Shown: positions 28,312-40,820 of the stretch, in pieces | Layout of the letters: every line of letters starts with the position of its first letter | How positions within the stretch are numbered: position 1 is the stretch's first letter | NCBI GenBank assembly: GCA_963719515.1 | Contig: CAVRCJ010000016.1 | Coordinates: 1 to 64,000 of the forward strand | Length of the DNA: 64,000 bases | Direction: 5' to 3' | From: an uncultured cyanobacterium | GTDB lineage: Bacteria; Cyanobacteriota; Cyanobacteriia; CAKZMO01 | Notes under the pieces: generated by a model | What the model saw: only the letters and a program-made list of their open reading frames with translations | Databases searched by the model: none | What the model was told of the DNA's origin: nothing | Made by a program: the position numbers and the translations under genes

Positions 28312-29136
28312 ATGATGCATAACAGCGAAGCTGAGCTTCTAGAGCATCTGTTGAAATACTATAGCTTTGAGCTAGATGGCCACACGGTTGAGCACTGCGT
28401 AGTCCAATGGCGCGATCGCTATCCTGACCACTGGCTACGACCGGCGATCGTCGAGGCGCTATATCAAGGGCGCTATAAAGCGGTGTCGGTAGCGCAGATT
28501 CTAGATATGTGGTGCCGCCGAGGCCAGAGCCTGTGCCACTACAACGGCGAATTTGAGCGCATGATCTGCAACAAGTTTTTGGCGCGGACCTTTTCTGAAG
28601 CCGCCCCAGAAGCCAACCCCAAAGTCAACCGAAGAACGGCGTCCGCAGCTGCCCTCTCGCCCCAGCCTTCTCAAAGCGACGCAGCGGGGCTAGCCGATGA
28701 CGGCACTACCCACGTCGGCCCGTCTTCCCAACCCGCTGGCGATCGCCTGAGCGATACTTCACGCGAAACTTCTTCAAATGTGCCCTCTTCGGTAAGCGCA
28801 GCCTCTCCCACAACCCCATTCAACGCCGACGAGCCCCAGGTCTCCCTGCTTGACGACGATTTTCTAGAAGTCTTTGCGGCGGAAGCAGAGTCAGACGAGA
28901 CCCATACAATCGCCCCCTTTAAGCCCAGCGCCAAGGTGCCCAGCGCCACGAGCCGCTTTAGTCACAATGCAATGCCCTCCCAGAATCAGGGGCTCGCTTC
29001 AGGAGAAGCGTCGCCTCCCCTTGCTTTAGAAAATCCCATCCACCAGTTCACCCCGCCTACCACGACCTCGGATCTGTACAGCAAGCTGAAGGCCGCTCTC
29101 AATCGCGTCGTCTCAGCCACCACAGACGATCGCTAA
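28312..29136 (+). CDS. Conserved cyanobacterial hypothetical protein
   Basis: YSFEL..W..AIVEALYQGRYKAVSV.QIL..W.RRG N-terminal domain, low-complexity tail. Confidence 0.75.
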   Translation: MMHNSEAELLEHLLKYYSFELDGHTVEHCVVQWRDRYPDHWLRPAIVEALYQGRYKAVSVAQILDMWCRRGQSLCHYNGEFERMICNKFLARTFSEAAPEANPKVNRRTASAAALSPQPSQSDAAGLADDGTTHVGPSSQPAGDRLSDTSRETSSNVPSSVSAASPTTPFNADEPQVSLLDDDFLEVFAAEAESDETHTIAPFKPSAKVPSATSRFSHNAMPSQNQGLASGEASPPLALENPIHQFTPPTTTSDLYSKLKAALNRVVSATTDDR

Positions 29137-29594
29137 TTTGTAGATTGACGGTCCAAAAATTCAGCAACTGCCGGCACAAAGTTGCGGTTTTCGTGGCTCG
29201 GGCGGCTGAGCTTGATGAGGGCGAAGCGCTGCAGCGGCGATAGAGAGGCCCACTGAGCTAGGGTGAGGGTTTGCTGCGTCTCTTCTAGCTTCTCCACCAC
29301 AGAAAGGGGAATCTCGCCCTCGTTCAGCCAGGGCGGGTGGGCATCGAGGGACAAGGTTCCCGCGGGCGAACCGGTGTGCGCCACGACGCGCCCCTGCAGG
29401 TAATCTCGGTAGGCTTCAGCCTCTTGGGGACTGTTGCAGGGCAAGTCCACCAGCTGCTGGTGCTCCTCATCGGTCAGGGCATTCCAATGGACCAGCTTGA
29501 GCTTGACGCCGCAGGTGTCGAGGTTGTAGCGCACCTGCATCGGAATGCAGCGCAGGGACTGGGTAAAATCGGCTTCAAATTGAAAGAAAGTCAT
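29133..29594 (-). CDS. narM: Nitrate reductase maturation protein
   Basis: FFQFEADFTQSLRCIPMQVR..LQRFALIKLSRPSHENRNF; directly after narB. Confidence 0.9.
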   Translation of the reverse strand: MTFFQFEADFTQSLRCIPMQVRYNLDTCGVKLKLVHWNALTDEEHQQLVDLPCNSPQEAEAYRDYLQGRVVAHTGSPAGTLSLDAHPPWLNEGEIPLSVVEKLEETQQTLTLAQWASLSPLQRFALIKLSRPSHENRNFVPAVAEFLDRQSTN

Positions 29595-29598
29595 ACCC

Positions 29599-31836
29599 TT
29601 ATCGTACAAGCGCCCCAGAGCGCTGGGTACGGTTTTCTTGGTCGGCGGTGCCCTCTACCGCTCCGCTTTCTGGCAGCGGCACAATGCTAACAGCGCAGGC
29701 TTTAAGCTCGGGCTGCAGTGAGATGGGACAAACCTCGGGGTGGGTCAGAGTGTTGGCCTCAGCGTCGTCGGCCCAAAGAAATCCCCAGTGCATAGGAATA
29801 AATACGGTTCCCGGTGCGATCGCCTTGGTGACCTTAGCCTTAAACCGCGTCATGCCGCGACGCGATCGCACTTCTACCATTTTCCCGTCTTCCACGCTGA
29901 GCCGCTGGGCGTCGCGGGGGTGAATTTCGAGGAAGGGCTCGGCGTGCATCTTGGCGGTTTTGACGATGCGGCCCGTGCGGGTGAGGGTATGCCAGTGGCC
30001 ATACAGCCGGCCCGTGGTGAGCACCATCGGGTAGTCGGGGGTGGGGGGCTCGGCCAGCCCGTTGGCGTGAAAGGCGCTGAACCGCGCCCGACCGTCGGGG
30101 GTGTGAAAGCGGAAATTGGTGTAGAGTCGCTTGGCGTGGTTCGGAGCCATGGCACCAGCCTCAATAGAAGATTTCTCCTCAGACGAATAGGGCCACTGAA
30201 TCGGTCCCTGCTGTTGCAAATGCTCATGGCTGAGGCCGCTCATATCGCAGGGTCGTCCCCAAGTGAGCCTTACGAACTCGTCATAGACCTGGGCCGAGTT
30301 CTCGAAGCTGAACTGGGCCTCAAATCCCAGCCGTCGGCCCACCTCTGCAAAAATTTCCCAGTCGGGGCGGGCGCTGCCGGGAGCGGAGCGAAAGGTGGGA
30401 CATAGGGTCACCGTTCGCTCTGAATTGGTCATGGCTCCGGTCTTCTCGCTCCACTGGCTGGCAGGGAGCAGCAGGTGGGCGTAGTGGGCCGTCTCTGTGG
30501 GGTAGTAGGCGTCTTGGCACACCGTGAAGGGGGACTTGAGCAGGGCGGCTTTGGTGCGCTCGAGGTCCGGCATGCTCACCGCTGGGTTGGTGGCCGCCAC
30601 CCAAAAGACCCCCACCTGCCCTTGCTCTAGAGCGCGAATCATATCCCAGGCGGCGAGCCCCGGCTCAGGGGAGATCTGGCCTTCGGGCAGTCCCCAATGC
30701 TGCTCGACCTGGCGGCGGTGCTGGGGGTTCTTCACCAGGCGATACCCCGGCAAGATATGGGACAAGCCCCCGGCTTCGCGGCCCCCCATGGCGTTGGGCT
30801 GCCCGGTGAGGGAGAAGGGTCCCGCCCCCGGCTTGCCAATACTGCCGGTCATCAGGTGCAGATTGATCAAGTTGCGTACCTTGGCCGTCCCCTCTGAGGA
30901 CTGGTTGACGCCCATGGACCAGAGGGACAAGACGCGATCGCTCTCGGCCCAGTAGCGGGCGGCCTGCTCTAAATCTTTGACGGCAATGCCGCAGTCTTCG
31001 GCGACGCGCTCGGGTGGGTACTGCTCCGCTACCTCAACGAAGTCGGTGTAGCCGACGGTACATTCGTCGATTAGCAGCGAGTCGATGGCGTTCCAGCGGA
31101 TCAGTAGGTGGGCGATGCCGTTGAGTAAATAGAGATCGCTGCCGGGGCGGATGGCCAGGTGCAGGTCGGCGGCTTTGGCCGTCAGGGTTTCTCTGGGGTC
31201 CACCACCACCATCTTGACATGGCGGTTTTTGCGGTGGTACTTCTGCAGGCGGTTGAAAATAATGGGGTGGCATTCGGCGGTGTTGGTGCCAATCAAAAAG
31301 GCGCAGTCCGTTTTCTCGAGGTCGTCGTAGCAACAGGGTGGCCCGTCTGCCCCAAAGCTCTGAATATAGCCCGCTACGGCGGAGGACATGCACAGGCGAG
31401 AGTTGGCGTCGAAATTATTGGTGCGCAGGCAGCCTTTGAGCAGCTTTTGAGCAGTGTAGTAGTCTTCCGTTTGAAACTGACCGGAGCCGTACATGCAGAT
31501 GCCCTCTGGCCCCTGGTGCTCCAGCGTCATCCGCAGGCGGCTCACCAAGCGCTCCATGGCCTCATCCCAGCTCACCTGACGAAACGGCTCGCTGAGGCTG
31601 TTGCGCAGCATGGGATACTTGAGCCGGTCTTTGTGCAGGGATTCGGACACTGTGGCCCCCTTAACGCACACCTGGCCTTTGCTGGAGGGATGGGCGCGAT
31701 CGCCCCGCACCTGCCAGATGGGCTGACCGTCAGGAGCGCGCAGGGTCGCCTTTCCCCCCGGACGTGCCGGAGGCAGCACTTCTAGGCCGCAGCCAACGCC
31801 GCAGTAGGGGCATAGGGTTTTTGATGCGTCCGTCAT
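29599..31836 (-). CDS. narB: Ferredoxin-nitrate reductase
   Basis: [36 protein letters not shown]. Confidence 0.96.
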   Translation of the reverse strand: MTDASKTLCPYCGVGCGLEVLPPARPGGKATLRAPDGQPIWQVRGDRAHPSSKGQVCVKGATVSESLHKDRLKYPMLRNSLSEPFRQVSWDEAMERLVSRLRMTLEHQGPEGICMYGSGQFQTEDYYTAQKLLKGCLRTNNFDANSRLCMSSAVAGYIQSFGADGPPCCYDDLEKTDCAFLIGTNTAECHPIIFNRLQKYHRKNRHVKMVVVDPRETLTAKAADLHLAIRPGSDLYLLNGIAHLLIRWNAIDSLLIDECTVGYTDFVEVAEQYPPERVAEDCGIAVKDLEQAARYWAESDRVLSLWSMGVNQSSEGTAKVRNLINLHLMTGSIGKPGAGPFSLTGQPNAMGGREAGGLSHILPGYRLVKNPQHRRQVEQHWGLPEGQISPEPGLAAWDMIRALEQGQVGVFWVAATNPAVSMPDLERTKAALLKSPFTVCQDAYYPTETAHYAHLLLPASQWSEKTGAMTNSERTVTLCPTFRSAPGSARPDWEIFAEVGRRLGFEAQFSFENSAQVYDEFVRLTWGRPCDMSGLSHEHLQQQGPIQWPYSSEEKSSIEAGAMAPNHAKRLYTNFRFHTPDGRARFSAFHANGLAEPPTPDYPMVLTTGRLYGHWHTLTRTGRIVKTAKMHAEPFLEIHPRDAQRLSVEDGKMVEVRSRRGMTRFKAKVTKAIAPGTVFIPMHWGFLWADDAEANTLTHPEVCPISLQPELKACAVSIVPLPESGAVEGTADQENRTQRSGALVR

Positions 31837-31877
31837 TGGTCATCCTCCAAGATGCAGGTCACAGCGTATGTACAGGG

Positions 31878-31905
31878 GTAGGGACATGGCATGCCATGTC
31901 CCTAC
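31878..31905. repeat. GTAG-type REP-like perfect palindrome
   Basis: GTAGGGACATGGC-AT-GCCATGTCCCTAC between nrtP and narB. Confidence 0.7.
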
Positions 31906-31934
31906 GGGGCGTATCAGACTAGACCGATAGTCAT

Positions 31935-33551
31935 TTAGATGATGCGGGCAGACTGATCTTCAGGCATTGCCGAGGGGTGGAGATCCACCTCACCCTCATG
32001 CAGCTCCGCAAAGGAATCCTTAGGTTCCTCCAGGAAGAAGAGACATAAGAAGGCCACAATCAGACCCACAATGCCTAGAACCTGGAAGAAGCCGGAGTTC
32101 ACCGCACCCATCACGGCCTCACCGCCGTTGGCCGCTTCCGACGCATTGGCAAACAGCAGCCGGGTAGTCAAGAAGGCCACCGCACCCACGTTGCCATAAG
32201 CGCCGACGTTGCCCGCCACCTGGCCGGTAATCCGGCGCTTCACCAGCGGCACAATGGCAAACGTGGAGCCCTCAGAGGCCTGCACAAAGAAGGAGCAGGC
32301 CATGGTGAGCAGTACCGCCAGCGGCAGCGGCCAAGCGCTGTTCACGGTGCTCATCATCAGGTAACCAATTCCCATCCCCGCCGTGAGGACCACCATGGTC
32401 CATTTGCGGCTGCCCATGCGGTCAGAGATGATGCCGCCGCCGGGACGAGAAACCAGGTTCATAAAGGCGTAGCTGGCGGCAATCAGGCCCGCAGTCGCCT
32501 TGTCCAGTCCAAAGGTGCCCTCAAAGAAGGACGGCAGCATGGTGACCACCGCCAGCTCAGAGCCGAAGTTGGCAATATAGGTCAGCTCCAGCATGGCTAC
32601 CTGACGGAAGCGATAGCGATCTTCTGGGGGATAGACCTTGCGGCCCGCCATCAAATCCTTGTTCACGGTCCAGCAGTTGTAGGCCTGGAACGCATAGAGG
32701 CCCAGCAGCAGCAGCCAAGCGACGTACATGCCGCCGGTATTCAGGAAGTTGACCTTCTGCAGACGCCACGCCAGCACCATCAGAATAATGGTCAGCGGCG
32801 CGTTCATCACCATCAAGAACCAGAAGTCGCGCTTGGTGGTGACCTCAATGCCCCGGACGCTGGCCGGACGCTGGTAGACCTTACCGGGGGGCGTATCGGA
32901 AACGTTGAAGTAGTAGAAGATACCGTAGAGCGCCGCAATGATGCCGCTACCGGCGATCGCTGCCCGCCAGTTCAAGATATCGGTCTGAAACGGCGGAAAG
33001 GCTAGAACTCGGAAGCTCTCTGCCTCGGGGAACTGGAACGCACCGGGCAGAAACGCCAGGGCTAACGCAAACAGCACCATGGTAAAGGCAGAAAAGGCAG
33101 ACCCGAAGTTGCCCCAGCCGCCGTAGATCCCTTCTGCAGTTCCCACTTCTTTCGGGGGAAACCACTCAGCGGTCATTCGAATTCCAATCACAAAACCGGC
33201 ACCGACGATGCCCATCAGCAGACGGCCAATCACAAGCTGGTTAAAGCTCTGCGCCGTCGCGAAGATCAAGCAGGGGATGGCGGCATAAATTAGCAGCAGG
33301 GAGTAGGTTAAGCGGGGGCCATACTTATCCAGCAGCATTCCGATGAGAATACGCGCCGGAACCGTTAATGCCACGTTACATAGACCTATTGTCAGTATCT
33401 GAGGCTGCTCTAGGCCAAAGTCCTGCGCAATTGTCGTCGCAAAGGGTGGAAAGTTGAACCAAACCACAAACGACAGGAAAAATGCAAACCAGGTCAGGTG
33501 CAATATTCTGTACCGTCCCTGAGTTGCTTTTGAAAACAACTCTCCAATCAT
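31935..33551 (-). CDS. nrtP: NarK-family MFS nitrate/nitrite transporter
   Basis: GWGNFG and GAYGNVG signatures, FGSELAVV; lies between nirA and narB. Confidence 0.93.
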   Translation of the reverse strand: MIGELFSKATQGRYRILHLTWFAFFLSFVVWFNFPPFATTIAQDFGLEQPQILTIGLCNVALTVPARILIGMLLDKYGPRLTYSLLLIYAAIPCLIFATAQSFNQLVIGRLLMGIVGAGFVIGIRMTAEWFPPKEVGTAEGIYGGWGNFGSAFSAFTMVLFALALAFLPGAFQFPEAESFRVLAFPPFQTDILNWRAAIAGSGIIAALYGIFYYFNVSDTPPGKVYQRPASVRGIEVTTKRDFWFLMVMNAPLTIILMVLAWRLQKVNFLNTGGMYVAWLLLLGLYAFQAYNCWTVNKDLMAGRKVYPPEDRYRFRQVAMLELTYIANFGSELAVVTMLPSFFEGTFGLDKATAGLIAASYAFMNLVSRPGGGIISDRMGSRKWTMVVLTAGMGIGYLMMSTVNSAWPLPLAVLLTMACSFFVQASEGSTFAIVPLVKRRITGQVAGNVGAYGNVGAVAFLTTRLLFANASEAANGGEAVMGAVNSGFFQVLGIVGLIVAFLCLFFLEEPKDSFAELHEGEVDLHPSAMPEDQSARII

Positions 33552-33741
33552 CCGTATTCTTCTCCGAATTTAGATTAAGAAACAGCCAACTCTGAGCCCT
33601 AGTGGAAACCAGCTCCACGGGCTTTCATCTACGCCCCCTTCAACTTGCTTGAGAGGGGGGGTCAATGGGCAACAGGTCTACCTAAGACCTTTGCCCAAAG
33701 CTTTGCTCGCACACAGCGACAGGAAACTACTGAGCCATCTA

Positions 33742-35310
33742 TTAGGTGGCCTGCTTCGGCTTAGCGCCAAAGTGTTCCATCAGCAAATCTTTCAGTACGG
33801 GCTTCAGGTCATCGCAGGGGATGCCCTTCATCACCCGTTCGCCCAGCACGGCGTCTTTACCGACCTTGCCGCCCATATAGACGTCAACCCCCTCCACCGT
33901 CTTGCCCTCTTTGCGCACCTTGGTGCCAATGAAGCCGATTTCGGCCACCTGAGGTTGCCCGCAGGAGTTGGGGCAGCCGGTCCAGTGAATACGCACTGAG
34001 CGAGGCAGCTCTAGTTCCGACTCCACCTCTCGCGCCATCGCCAAAGCTCGGTTTTTGGTCTCCACCAGGGCAAAATTGCAGAACTGTGCCCCCGTACAGG
34101 ATACGAGCGATCGCGTCAGGGCAGCAGGGTCAAGGGTGAAGCGCTCTAGCAGGGGCTCTTTTTGCAGGGCCTCAAGGCGATCGCTGGGCACATGGGGAAT
34201 AATTGCGTTTTGCTCCACCGTGAGGCGAATCTCGCTGCCGCCGTAGACCTCGGCGATGCGGGCTAGGTCGAACATGTCTTGGGCGAACAGCCGACCCACC
34301 GGAACATGTAGACCCACGTAGCTGTAGCCCTCCTGCTGCTGGGAATACACCCCAATGTGGTCCCGCTTGTCCCAGTCGATCTCATCTTCCGGGGCCGCCG
34401 TCAGCAGATCTTGGCCCAGCTGCTCCGCCACTTTCGTGCGGAACTGCTCGACGCCCCACTCATCAATCAGCCACATCAGCCGCGACTTTTGCCGATTAGC
34501 GCGGGGTCCGTTGTCCCGGTACACCTCTAGAATGGCGCGGCATAGCCCCACCACAATCTCCTCTTCAGGGGGAACCCAGGCGTCGAGGGGAATCGCCGCC
34601 GCGCAGCGCTTGGCGGAAAAGAACCCTCCCACCAGCACATTGAACCCCAGCTCTCCCTCGCGGTAGGCGGGGACAAAGGCGATGTCGTTAATTTCGGCGT
34701 GGACAGAGTTGTCGCGACCGCCCTCAATGGCGATATTGAACTTACGGGGCAGGTTTGTGAACTCCGGGTTGCCCTCACCACTGTTGGTAATCATGTCCTG
34801 GGTGAGCTTCACCAAGTCGCGGGTGTCGATTAGCTCACTGGCGTCGATGCCCGCCATGGGAGAGCCGGTGATGTTGCGCACGTTGTCCATGCCCGACTGC
34901 ACCGAAGTCATGCCCACCTTGTCTAGCCGCTCAAAGATATCGGGCACATCTTCCAGACGGATGCCCCGCAGCTGCAGGTTTTGTCGCGTGGTGATGTCGG
35001 CGTTGCCGTCTTCGCCATAGCGCTGCACGATCTCAGCTAAGACCCTCATCTGCTCGCTGGTCAAAATGCCGTTGGGCATCCGCATCCGCAGCATAAATTT
35101 GCCGGGGGTAACGGGGCGGAAAAAGACGCCAAGCCACTTGAGACGATGATCGCGGTCGGTTTCGTCAATGTCCTCCCAACCGAGTTCAGCAAACTTTTGC
35201 AGCTCGCTCTTGACGGCTAGGCCGTCTTTCTCAGCTTTAAAGCGCTCAAACTTGTTTAGCTTTCCTGATTTGTTTGGGACAACGCTGGTCACGGTTTCTC
35301 CTTGGTGCAT
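33742..35310 (-). CDS. nirA: Ferredoxin-nitrite reductase
   Basis: LNKFERFKAEKDG, TTRQNLQLR, CTGAQFC..GCPNSCGQ siroheme/4Fe-4S ligands. Confidence 0.96.
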   Translation of the reverse strand: MHQGETVTSVVPNKSGKLNKFERFKAEKDGLAVKSELQKFAELGWEDIDETDRDHRLKWLGVFFRPVTPGKFMLRMRMPNGILTSEQMRVLAEIVQRYGEDGNADITTRQNLQLRGIRLEDVPDIFERLDKVGMTSVQSGMDNVRNITGSPMAGIDASELIDTRDLVKLTQDMITNSGEGNPEFTNLPRKFNIAIEGGRDNSVHAEINDIAFVPAYREGELGFNVLVGGFFSAKRCAAAIPLDAWVPPEEEIVVGLCRAILEVYRDNGPRANRQKSRLMWLIDEWGVEQFRTKVAEQLGQDLLTAAPEDEIDWDKRDHIGVYSQQQEGYSYVGLHVPVGRLFAQDMFDLARIAEVYGGSEIRLTVEQNAIIPHVPSDRLEALQKEPLLERFTLDPAALTRSLVSCTGAQFCNFALVETKNRALAMAREVESELELPRSVRIHWTGCPNSCGQPQVAEIGFIGTKVRKEGKTVEGVDVYMGGKVGKDAVLGERVMKGIPCDDLKPVLKDLLMEHFGAKPKQAT

Positions 35311-35373
35311 GCGCCTAAAATCTCAAGCTCAGCCGTCGAGGCAGAGCAGAAATTGAGATTCCGCTTGCCCTCA

Positions 35374-35415
35374 ACCCTAGTGACGGGTACGACAGGTCGC
35401 CGTATCAACCCATAC
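35374..35415 (-). promoter_or_regulatory. NtcA-activated promoter of the nirA operon
   Basis: Minus strand GTA-TGGGTTGA-TAC (35415-35402), exactly 22 nt, then TAGGGT (TAN3T). Confidence 0.88.
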
Positions 35416-35670
35416 GATTTCGACAGGATTGAGGATTGACAAGATTCATTATGGAGAAACAATTAATAAAAAGTGTTACCTCCTATACGCTTTCGGGATT
35501 GAGTATTCGGCTCTGTCATCAAAGCTATGCGATCGCTGCATGATGCACAGCGGAGCTATTCCTATAGGCTTGGAGGGAAACCGAATGGGCAGGGCGCACT
35601 ATCTACACTTCTCAGTCTTTTCGGGGTCTGTCACCATATAAATGTCACCGCCTCCCAGGGGAAACAGAAA

Positions 35671-35976
35671 ATGTCAAATGAGCCTCGCCAATCGACCAAT
35701 GTCGTCCAAGCCTTTTACAGCTGGTATCGCGCCACCCTCCGCAACCCGAAATATCGCTGGCTGCTAATCGGCGCTTCACTACTCTATTTAGTTTCACCCA
35801 TCGACATCGCCCCAGACATTATTCCTATCGTGGGCTGGATTGATGACGGCATCGTGGCCACCCTGCTGGTATCGGAAGTATCGCAGCTGCTGATGGGCAT
35901 GCTAAAGCGCCCGTCCGAAAAGCCTGAGCAGGTTGCTACCACCGTGGATATCGACGCCGAAAATACCGCTGTGTAG
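35671..35976 (+). CDS. YkvA/DUF1232 family protein
   Basis: YLVSPIDIAPDIIPIVGWIDD. Confidence 0.88.
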   Translation: MSNEPRQSTNVVQAFYSWYRATLRNPKYRWLLIGASLLYLVSPIDIAPDIIPIVGWIDDGIVATLLVSEVSQLLMGMLKRPSEKPEQVATTVDIDAENTAV

Positions 35977-36107
35977 GGCTACAAGACTTCGACAATTTGA
36001 CGGAAGCTCGTTGGGGGCATGCAGCTGCGTGCCCCTTCTTGCTGCATCAGCCCCTTTTTGGCTCGATTGGGTTTGACAGCAGGGGGCAGATTCAAGGCAT
36101 GGGCAGA

Positions 36108-36773
36108 CTATGGCGCTAGTCGCTCAATCGACCAGCGAGGGGCAGGCGCCGATGCCAAAGGCCCAGCATCCTGCCGCCGGTACACCAGGCGATCGTGCAG
36201 TCGACTAGAGCGGCCCTGCCAGAACTCGATCGCCTGCGGGGCTAGCCGGTAGCCCCCCCAGTGAGCGGGGCGAGGAATTTCTTTTCCCTCATATTGCGCC
36301 TTGAGCTCCGCCATGCGCTGCTCTAAGGCCTCGCGAGTCGTAGGGCGGCTTTGACCTGAGGCCCAGGCCCCCAGCTGGCTGCCGATAGGTCTACTGTGAA
36401 AATAGCCCGTCGACTCGGCGTCACTCGTGCGGCTGATGAGCCCCTCGACGCGCACCTGCCTTTCCAGCGCTTCCCACCAAAATACTAGGGCCGCGTGGGA
36501 ATTCTGCGCTAGCTCTTGTCCCTTGCGGCTTTCGTAGTTGCTGTAAAGCACGAATCCTCGCTCGTCTAGGCCTTTGAGCAGCACAATGCGGGCCGATGGA
36601 ACGCCGTTGGGCGTCGCAGTGGCCAAAGTCATGGCATTAGGTTCACGAATTTCAGCAGCCACCGCCTCGTCAAACCAGGTCTGAAACTGTTGAAATGGAT
36701 TAGGACTGACCTCAGCTTGCTCTAGCGTTCTGAGGGTGTAGTCTTCTCGGAGGTTGGCGATCGGTTGGCTCAT
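36108..36773 (-). CDS. pdxH: Pyridoxamine 5'-phosphate oxidase
   Basis: [24 protein letters not shown]. Confidence 0.95.
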   Translation of the reverse strand: MSQPIANLREDYTLRTLEQAEVSPNPFQQFQTWFDEAVAAEIREPNAMTLATATPNGVPSARIVLLKGLDERGFVLYSNYESRKGQELAQNSHAALVFWWEALERQVRVEGLISRTSDAESTGYFHSRPIGSQLGAWASGQSRPTTREALEQRMAELKAQYEGKEIPRPAHWGGYRLAPQAIEFWQGRSSRLHDRLVYRRQDAGPLASAPAPRWSIERLAP

Positions 36774-36824
36774 GGCTACGGCGTCAGCGTTTGATGTATG
36801 CAGGTTATTTTAAGGAGAAATTCT

Positions 36825-37874
36825 ATGACACAGCTCTTAGCCGGAGATATTGGCGGTACAAAGACAATTTTAAGGCTGGTCAAGCTGTCCTCAGCAGAGC
36901 CGAGCCTAGAGACAGTTCACGAGGCCCGCTACTCTAGCGGCGACTACCCTGACTTGGTCCCCATCGTGCAGCAGTTTTTTGAAGAGACCCAAGCCGTAAC
37001 GGGGAGTACGCCTAGCCCTGAGCGAGCCTGCTTTGCTATTGCAGGGCCGGTGGCCAATAACACCTCGTCTCTGACAAACCTCTCTTGGCTACTGGAGGGC
37101 GATCGCCTCGAAAAGGTGCTCAAAATTTCTCGGGTGGAGCTGATCAACGACTTTGCCGCCGTGGGCTACGGGGTGGTGGCCCTAGACAAGCTCGATCTGC
37201 ATACGCTGCAGGATGTCCCGCTTCAGTCCAATGCGCCAGTCGCGGTGATTGGCGCGGGAACAGGGCTAGGACAGGGCTTCTTGGTCCCCTGCAGCGGCCG
37301 CTATTCGGTTTATCCCTCGGAAGGTGGACATGCCGACTTTGCCCCCCGCTCTGACCTGGAGTTTCAGCTGCTGCTCTACTTGCGCGATAAGTTCAGCGTC
37401 ACCCGCATCTCTGTTGAGCGGGTGGTCTCCGGGCAGGGTATCGTGGCCATCTACCAGTTTTTGCGCGACCGCAAGATGGCGGATGAATCCCCTACCGTGG
37501 GCGAAGTCGTACGGGAGTGGGAGCGGCAGACGGGACTGAAAGAAAAAACCATCGACCCCGCAGCGGCGATCGCCATATCGGCGGCGGCCCACGACGAAGA
37601 CTTTTTGAGCGAGCGCACTATGCAGATTTTCTCGGGGGCCTACGGCGCTGAGGCGGGAAACCTGGCGCTGAAGCTGCTGCCCTATGGCGGACTCTTCATT
37701 GCGGGGGGAATTGCCGCGAAGAATCTAAACCTGCTGAAGGCTGGGGCCTTTATGAAGGCGTTTTCGGAAAAGGGACGTGTTAGCTCGCTGCTGGAGCAGG
37801 TGCCGGTGCATATCGTGCTCAATCCAAACGTGGGGCTGATTGGCGCGGCGCAGTACGCGGCGCAGATGGACTAG
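36825..37874 (+). CDS. glk: Glucokinase
   Basis: LAGDIGGTKT, INDF, GAGTGLG, SEGGH. Confidence 0.95.
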   Translation: MTQLLAGDIGGTKTILRLVKLSSAEPSLETVHEARYSSGDYPDLVPIVQQFFEETQAVTGSTPSPERACFAIAGPVANNTSSLTNLSWLLEGDRLEKVLKISRVELINDFAAVGYGVVALDKLDLHTLQDVPLQSNAPVAVIGAGTGLGQGFLVPCSGRYSVYPSEGGHADFAPRSDLEFQLLLYLRDKFSVTRISVERVVSGQGIVAIYQFLRDRKMADESPTVGEVVREWERQTGLKEKTIDPAAAIAISAAAHDEDFLSERTMQIFSGAYGAEAGNLALKLLPYGGLFIAGGIAAKNLNLLKAGAFMKAFSEKGRVSSLLEQVPVHIVLNPNVGLIGAAQYAAQMD

Positions 37875-39001
37875 GCCGCTATTAGGTCGGCCTTAGACGC
37901 CACCGATTGATAGAGCGTCTGCAGCTGCTGTGTCGCTGCAGACCAGCCCCAGCGCTCTGCCTCCTCTCGGGCGCGAATTCGCAGCGCCTCTCGCTCCTCT
38001 GGCTGGCTTAAAAGCCGCTTGGTGGCGTCAATAGCACCGTTTTCCTCCATCGGGTTAAACAGATAGCCGTTGACGCCATCATCCACGATGTCAGTAATGC
38101 CCCCGGTGCCTGCCGCTACCACGGGGCAGCCCGCCGCCATGGCCTCTAGCAACACGAGACCTAGGGTTTCAGTGCGAGACGGGAAAATAAAGGCGTCTGA
38201 GGAGGCAAACGCCGCCGCTAGGTCGACGCCCGTCAGGTAGCCCACAAAGTGGGTCGCCGTGCCCGCAAAGTGCTGCTCTAGCTCTTGGCGGTGGGGGCCG
38301 TCGCCCACCAGCGCCAGTCTGGCGCCAGGGATAGACTCTAGCACTGGCTTGATGCGATCGATTTCTTTTTCCGCAGACAGTCGACCCACGTACAGCAGCA
38401 GCGGACTTTCGGGATGCCCCTGACTGAGATGCGATCGCATCTCGGCGCTGGCGTGGTGGGGCTGAAACAGCTCAGTATCGACGCCCCGCTGCCATACGGC
38501 AACCCGCTCAATGCCGTGGGTGGTGAGGGCCTCCTCCATCGCCGTGGAGGTGCAGAGGTTGATTTGCGCTTGGTTGTGCATTGCCTTAAGCAGCTCCCAC
38601 AGCACGCCCTCCAGCATCCCTAACCCATAGTGCTCTAGGTATTTGGGCAGATGGGTATGGTAGGAGGCCACTAAGGGAACGCCGAGAGACTTCGCGTAGT
38701 AGAGCCCGCCCAACCCCAGCACAGCCGGGTTGACGATATGTACCAGGTCAGGCTTAAACTCATCCATAACCTGGCGGATAGCGGGGCGAGGCAGCGCTAG
38801 CTTGAGCTCGGGGTAGAGCGGCAGCGGAAACCCCGGAACGCCATAGATCCGCGCCCCGCGATACTCAGTGAGTCCGCCGTCGGGCGACACCACCAGAACC
38901 TGATCCCCCAAACGCTGTAGATGGTCCACCGTTTGGCTCAGGCGCGTCACAATGCCGTCTACCTTGGGTAAAAACGTTTCCGTAAATAGGGCAATCCGCA
39001 T
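37871..39001 (-). CDS. sqdX: Sulfoquinovosyltransferase (GT4)
   Basis: FTETFLPKVDGIVTRL, ETLGLVLLEAMA; downstream of sqdB. Confidence 0.9.
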   Translation of the reverse strand: MRIALFTETFLPKVDGIVTRLSQTVDHLQRLGDQVLVVSPDGGLTEYRGARIYGVPGFPLPLYPELKLALPRPAIRQVMDEFKPDLVHIVNPAVLGLGGLYYAKSLGVPLVASYHTHLPKYLEHYGLGMLEGVLWELLKAMHNQAQINLCTSTAMEEALTTHGIERVAVWQRGVDTELFQPHHASAEMRSHLSQGHPESPLLLYVGRLSAEKEIDRIKPVLESIPGARLALVGDGPHRQELEQHFAGTATHFVGYLTGVDLAAAFASSDAFIFPSRTETLGLVLLEAMAAGCPVVAAGTGGITDIVDDGVNGYLFNPMEENGAIDATKRLLSQPEEREALRIRAREEAERWGWSAATQQLQTLYQSVASKADLIAA

Positions 39002-39029
39002 CTCTTACCTCGCTCTCAAACCATCAATA

Positions 39030-40211
<1,182 letters not shown>

Positions 40212-40413
40212 CTAATACTCGCTCAAATCTACCAGGTTTAGGGGACCTTTTGAGCAATTCAAGCGGGGCTTTTGGTAATTTACCCAACATAGCCTATGAG
40301 ACAGAGATGTTATGGGGGATGTAACAATCCAAGAAGATATCGAAGTAGAAGGACAGTATGCTGCGCCTTCTAGCGGGTTCCTATCACACCGTTTGCCTCA
40401 AAATCAGTCGCCT

Positions 40414-40805
40414 GTGACATCCTCCCGACGCTGACAGCAAGCTGTACAGCGCGGGCTTCCTCAGTGACTCCCAGCTATTGCCGGGACATATCCTGAGATA
40501 GGTTTATACTCCGCCTGATGCCCCACGGCAGAGTTTTGAATTTTCATCTCCGCGAGGGAGGATACGCACTATGTGTCGCAGATACATTTGCAAACTGAGG
40601 AACGGGTGACTTGCAGCTTTCGCCTACGGGCCCGTCACACTCTTTGCGGGGTGTATCACCTTGCTATCTCTATCATACCAACTGCTAGCCTCAGCGCTGA
40701 GCGCACTATCGGCTGTGCATCATTTTGCGGGCGCACTTCGGCTAGCGCGACTCTCATCCCGACGCTCACCCTGACGGGTAGAGCGCGGGGCTTCCCGTCT
40801 AGTCG
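40414..40805 (-). mobile_element. Non-autonomous IS605 derivative, 392 bp (copy C)
   Basis: About 5 substitutions from copy A; TTAG at 40806-40809; TCAC right end. Confidence 0.92.
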
Positions 40806-40820
40806 CTAAAATCGGGCGGG

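Noticed and set aside
35445..35480. NtcB (LysR) site upstream of the NtcA box
   Set aside because: AT-rich tract is in a plausible place but I could not find an exact ATN11AT motif.
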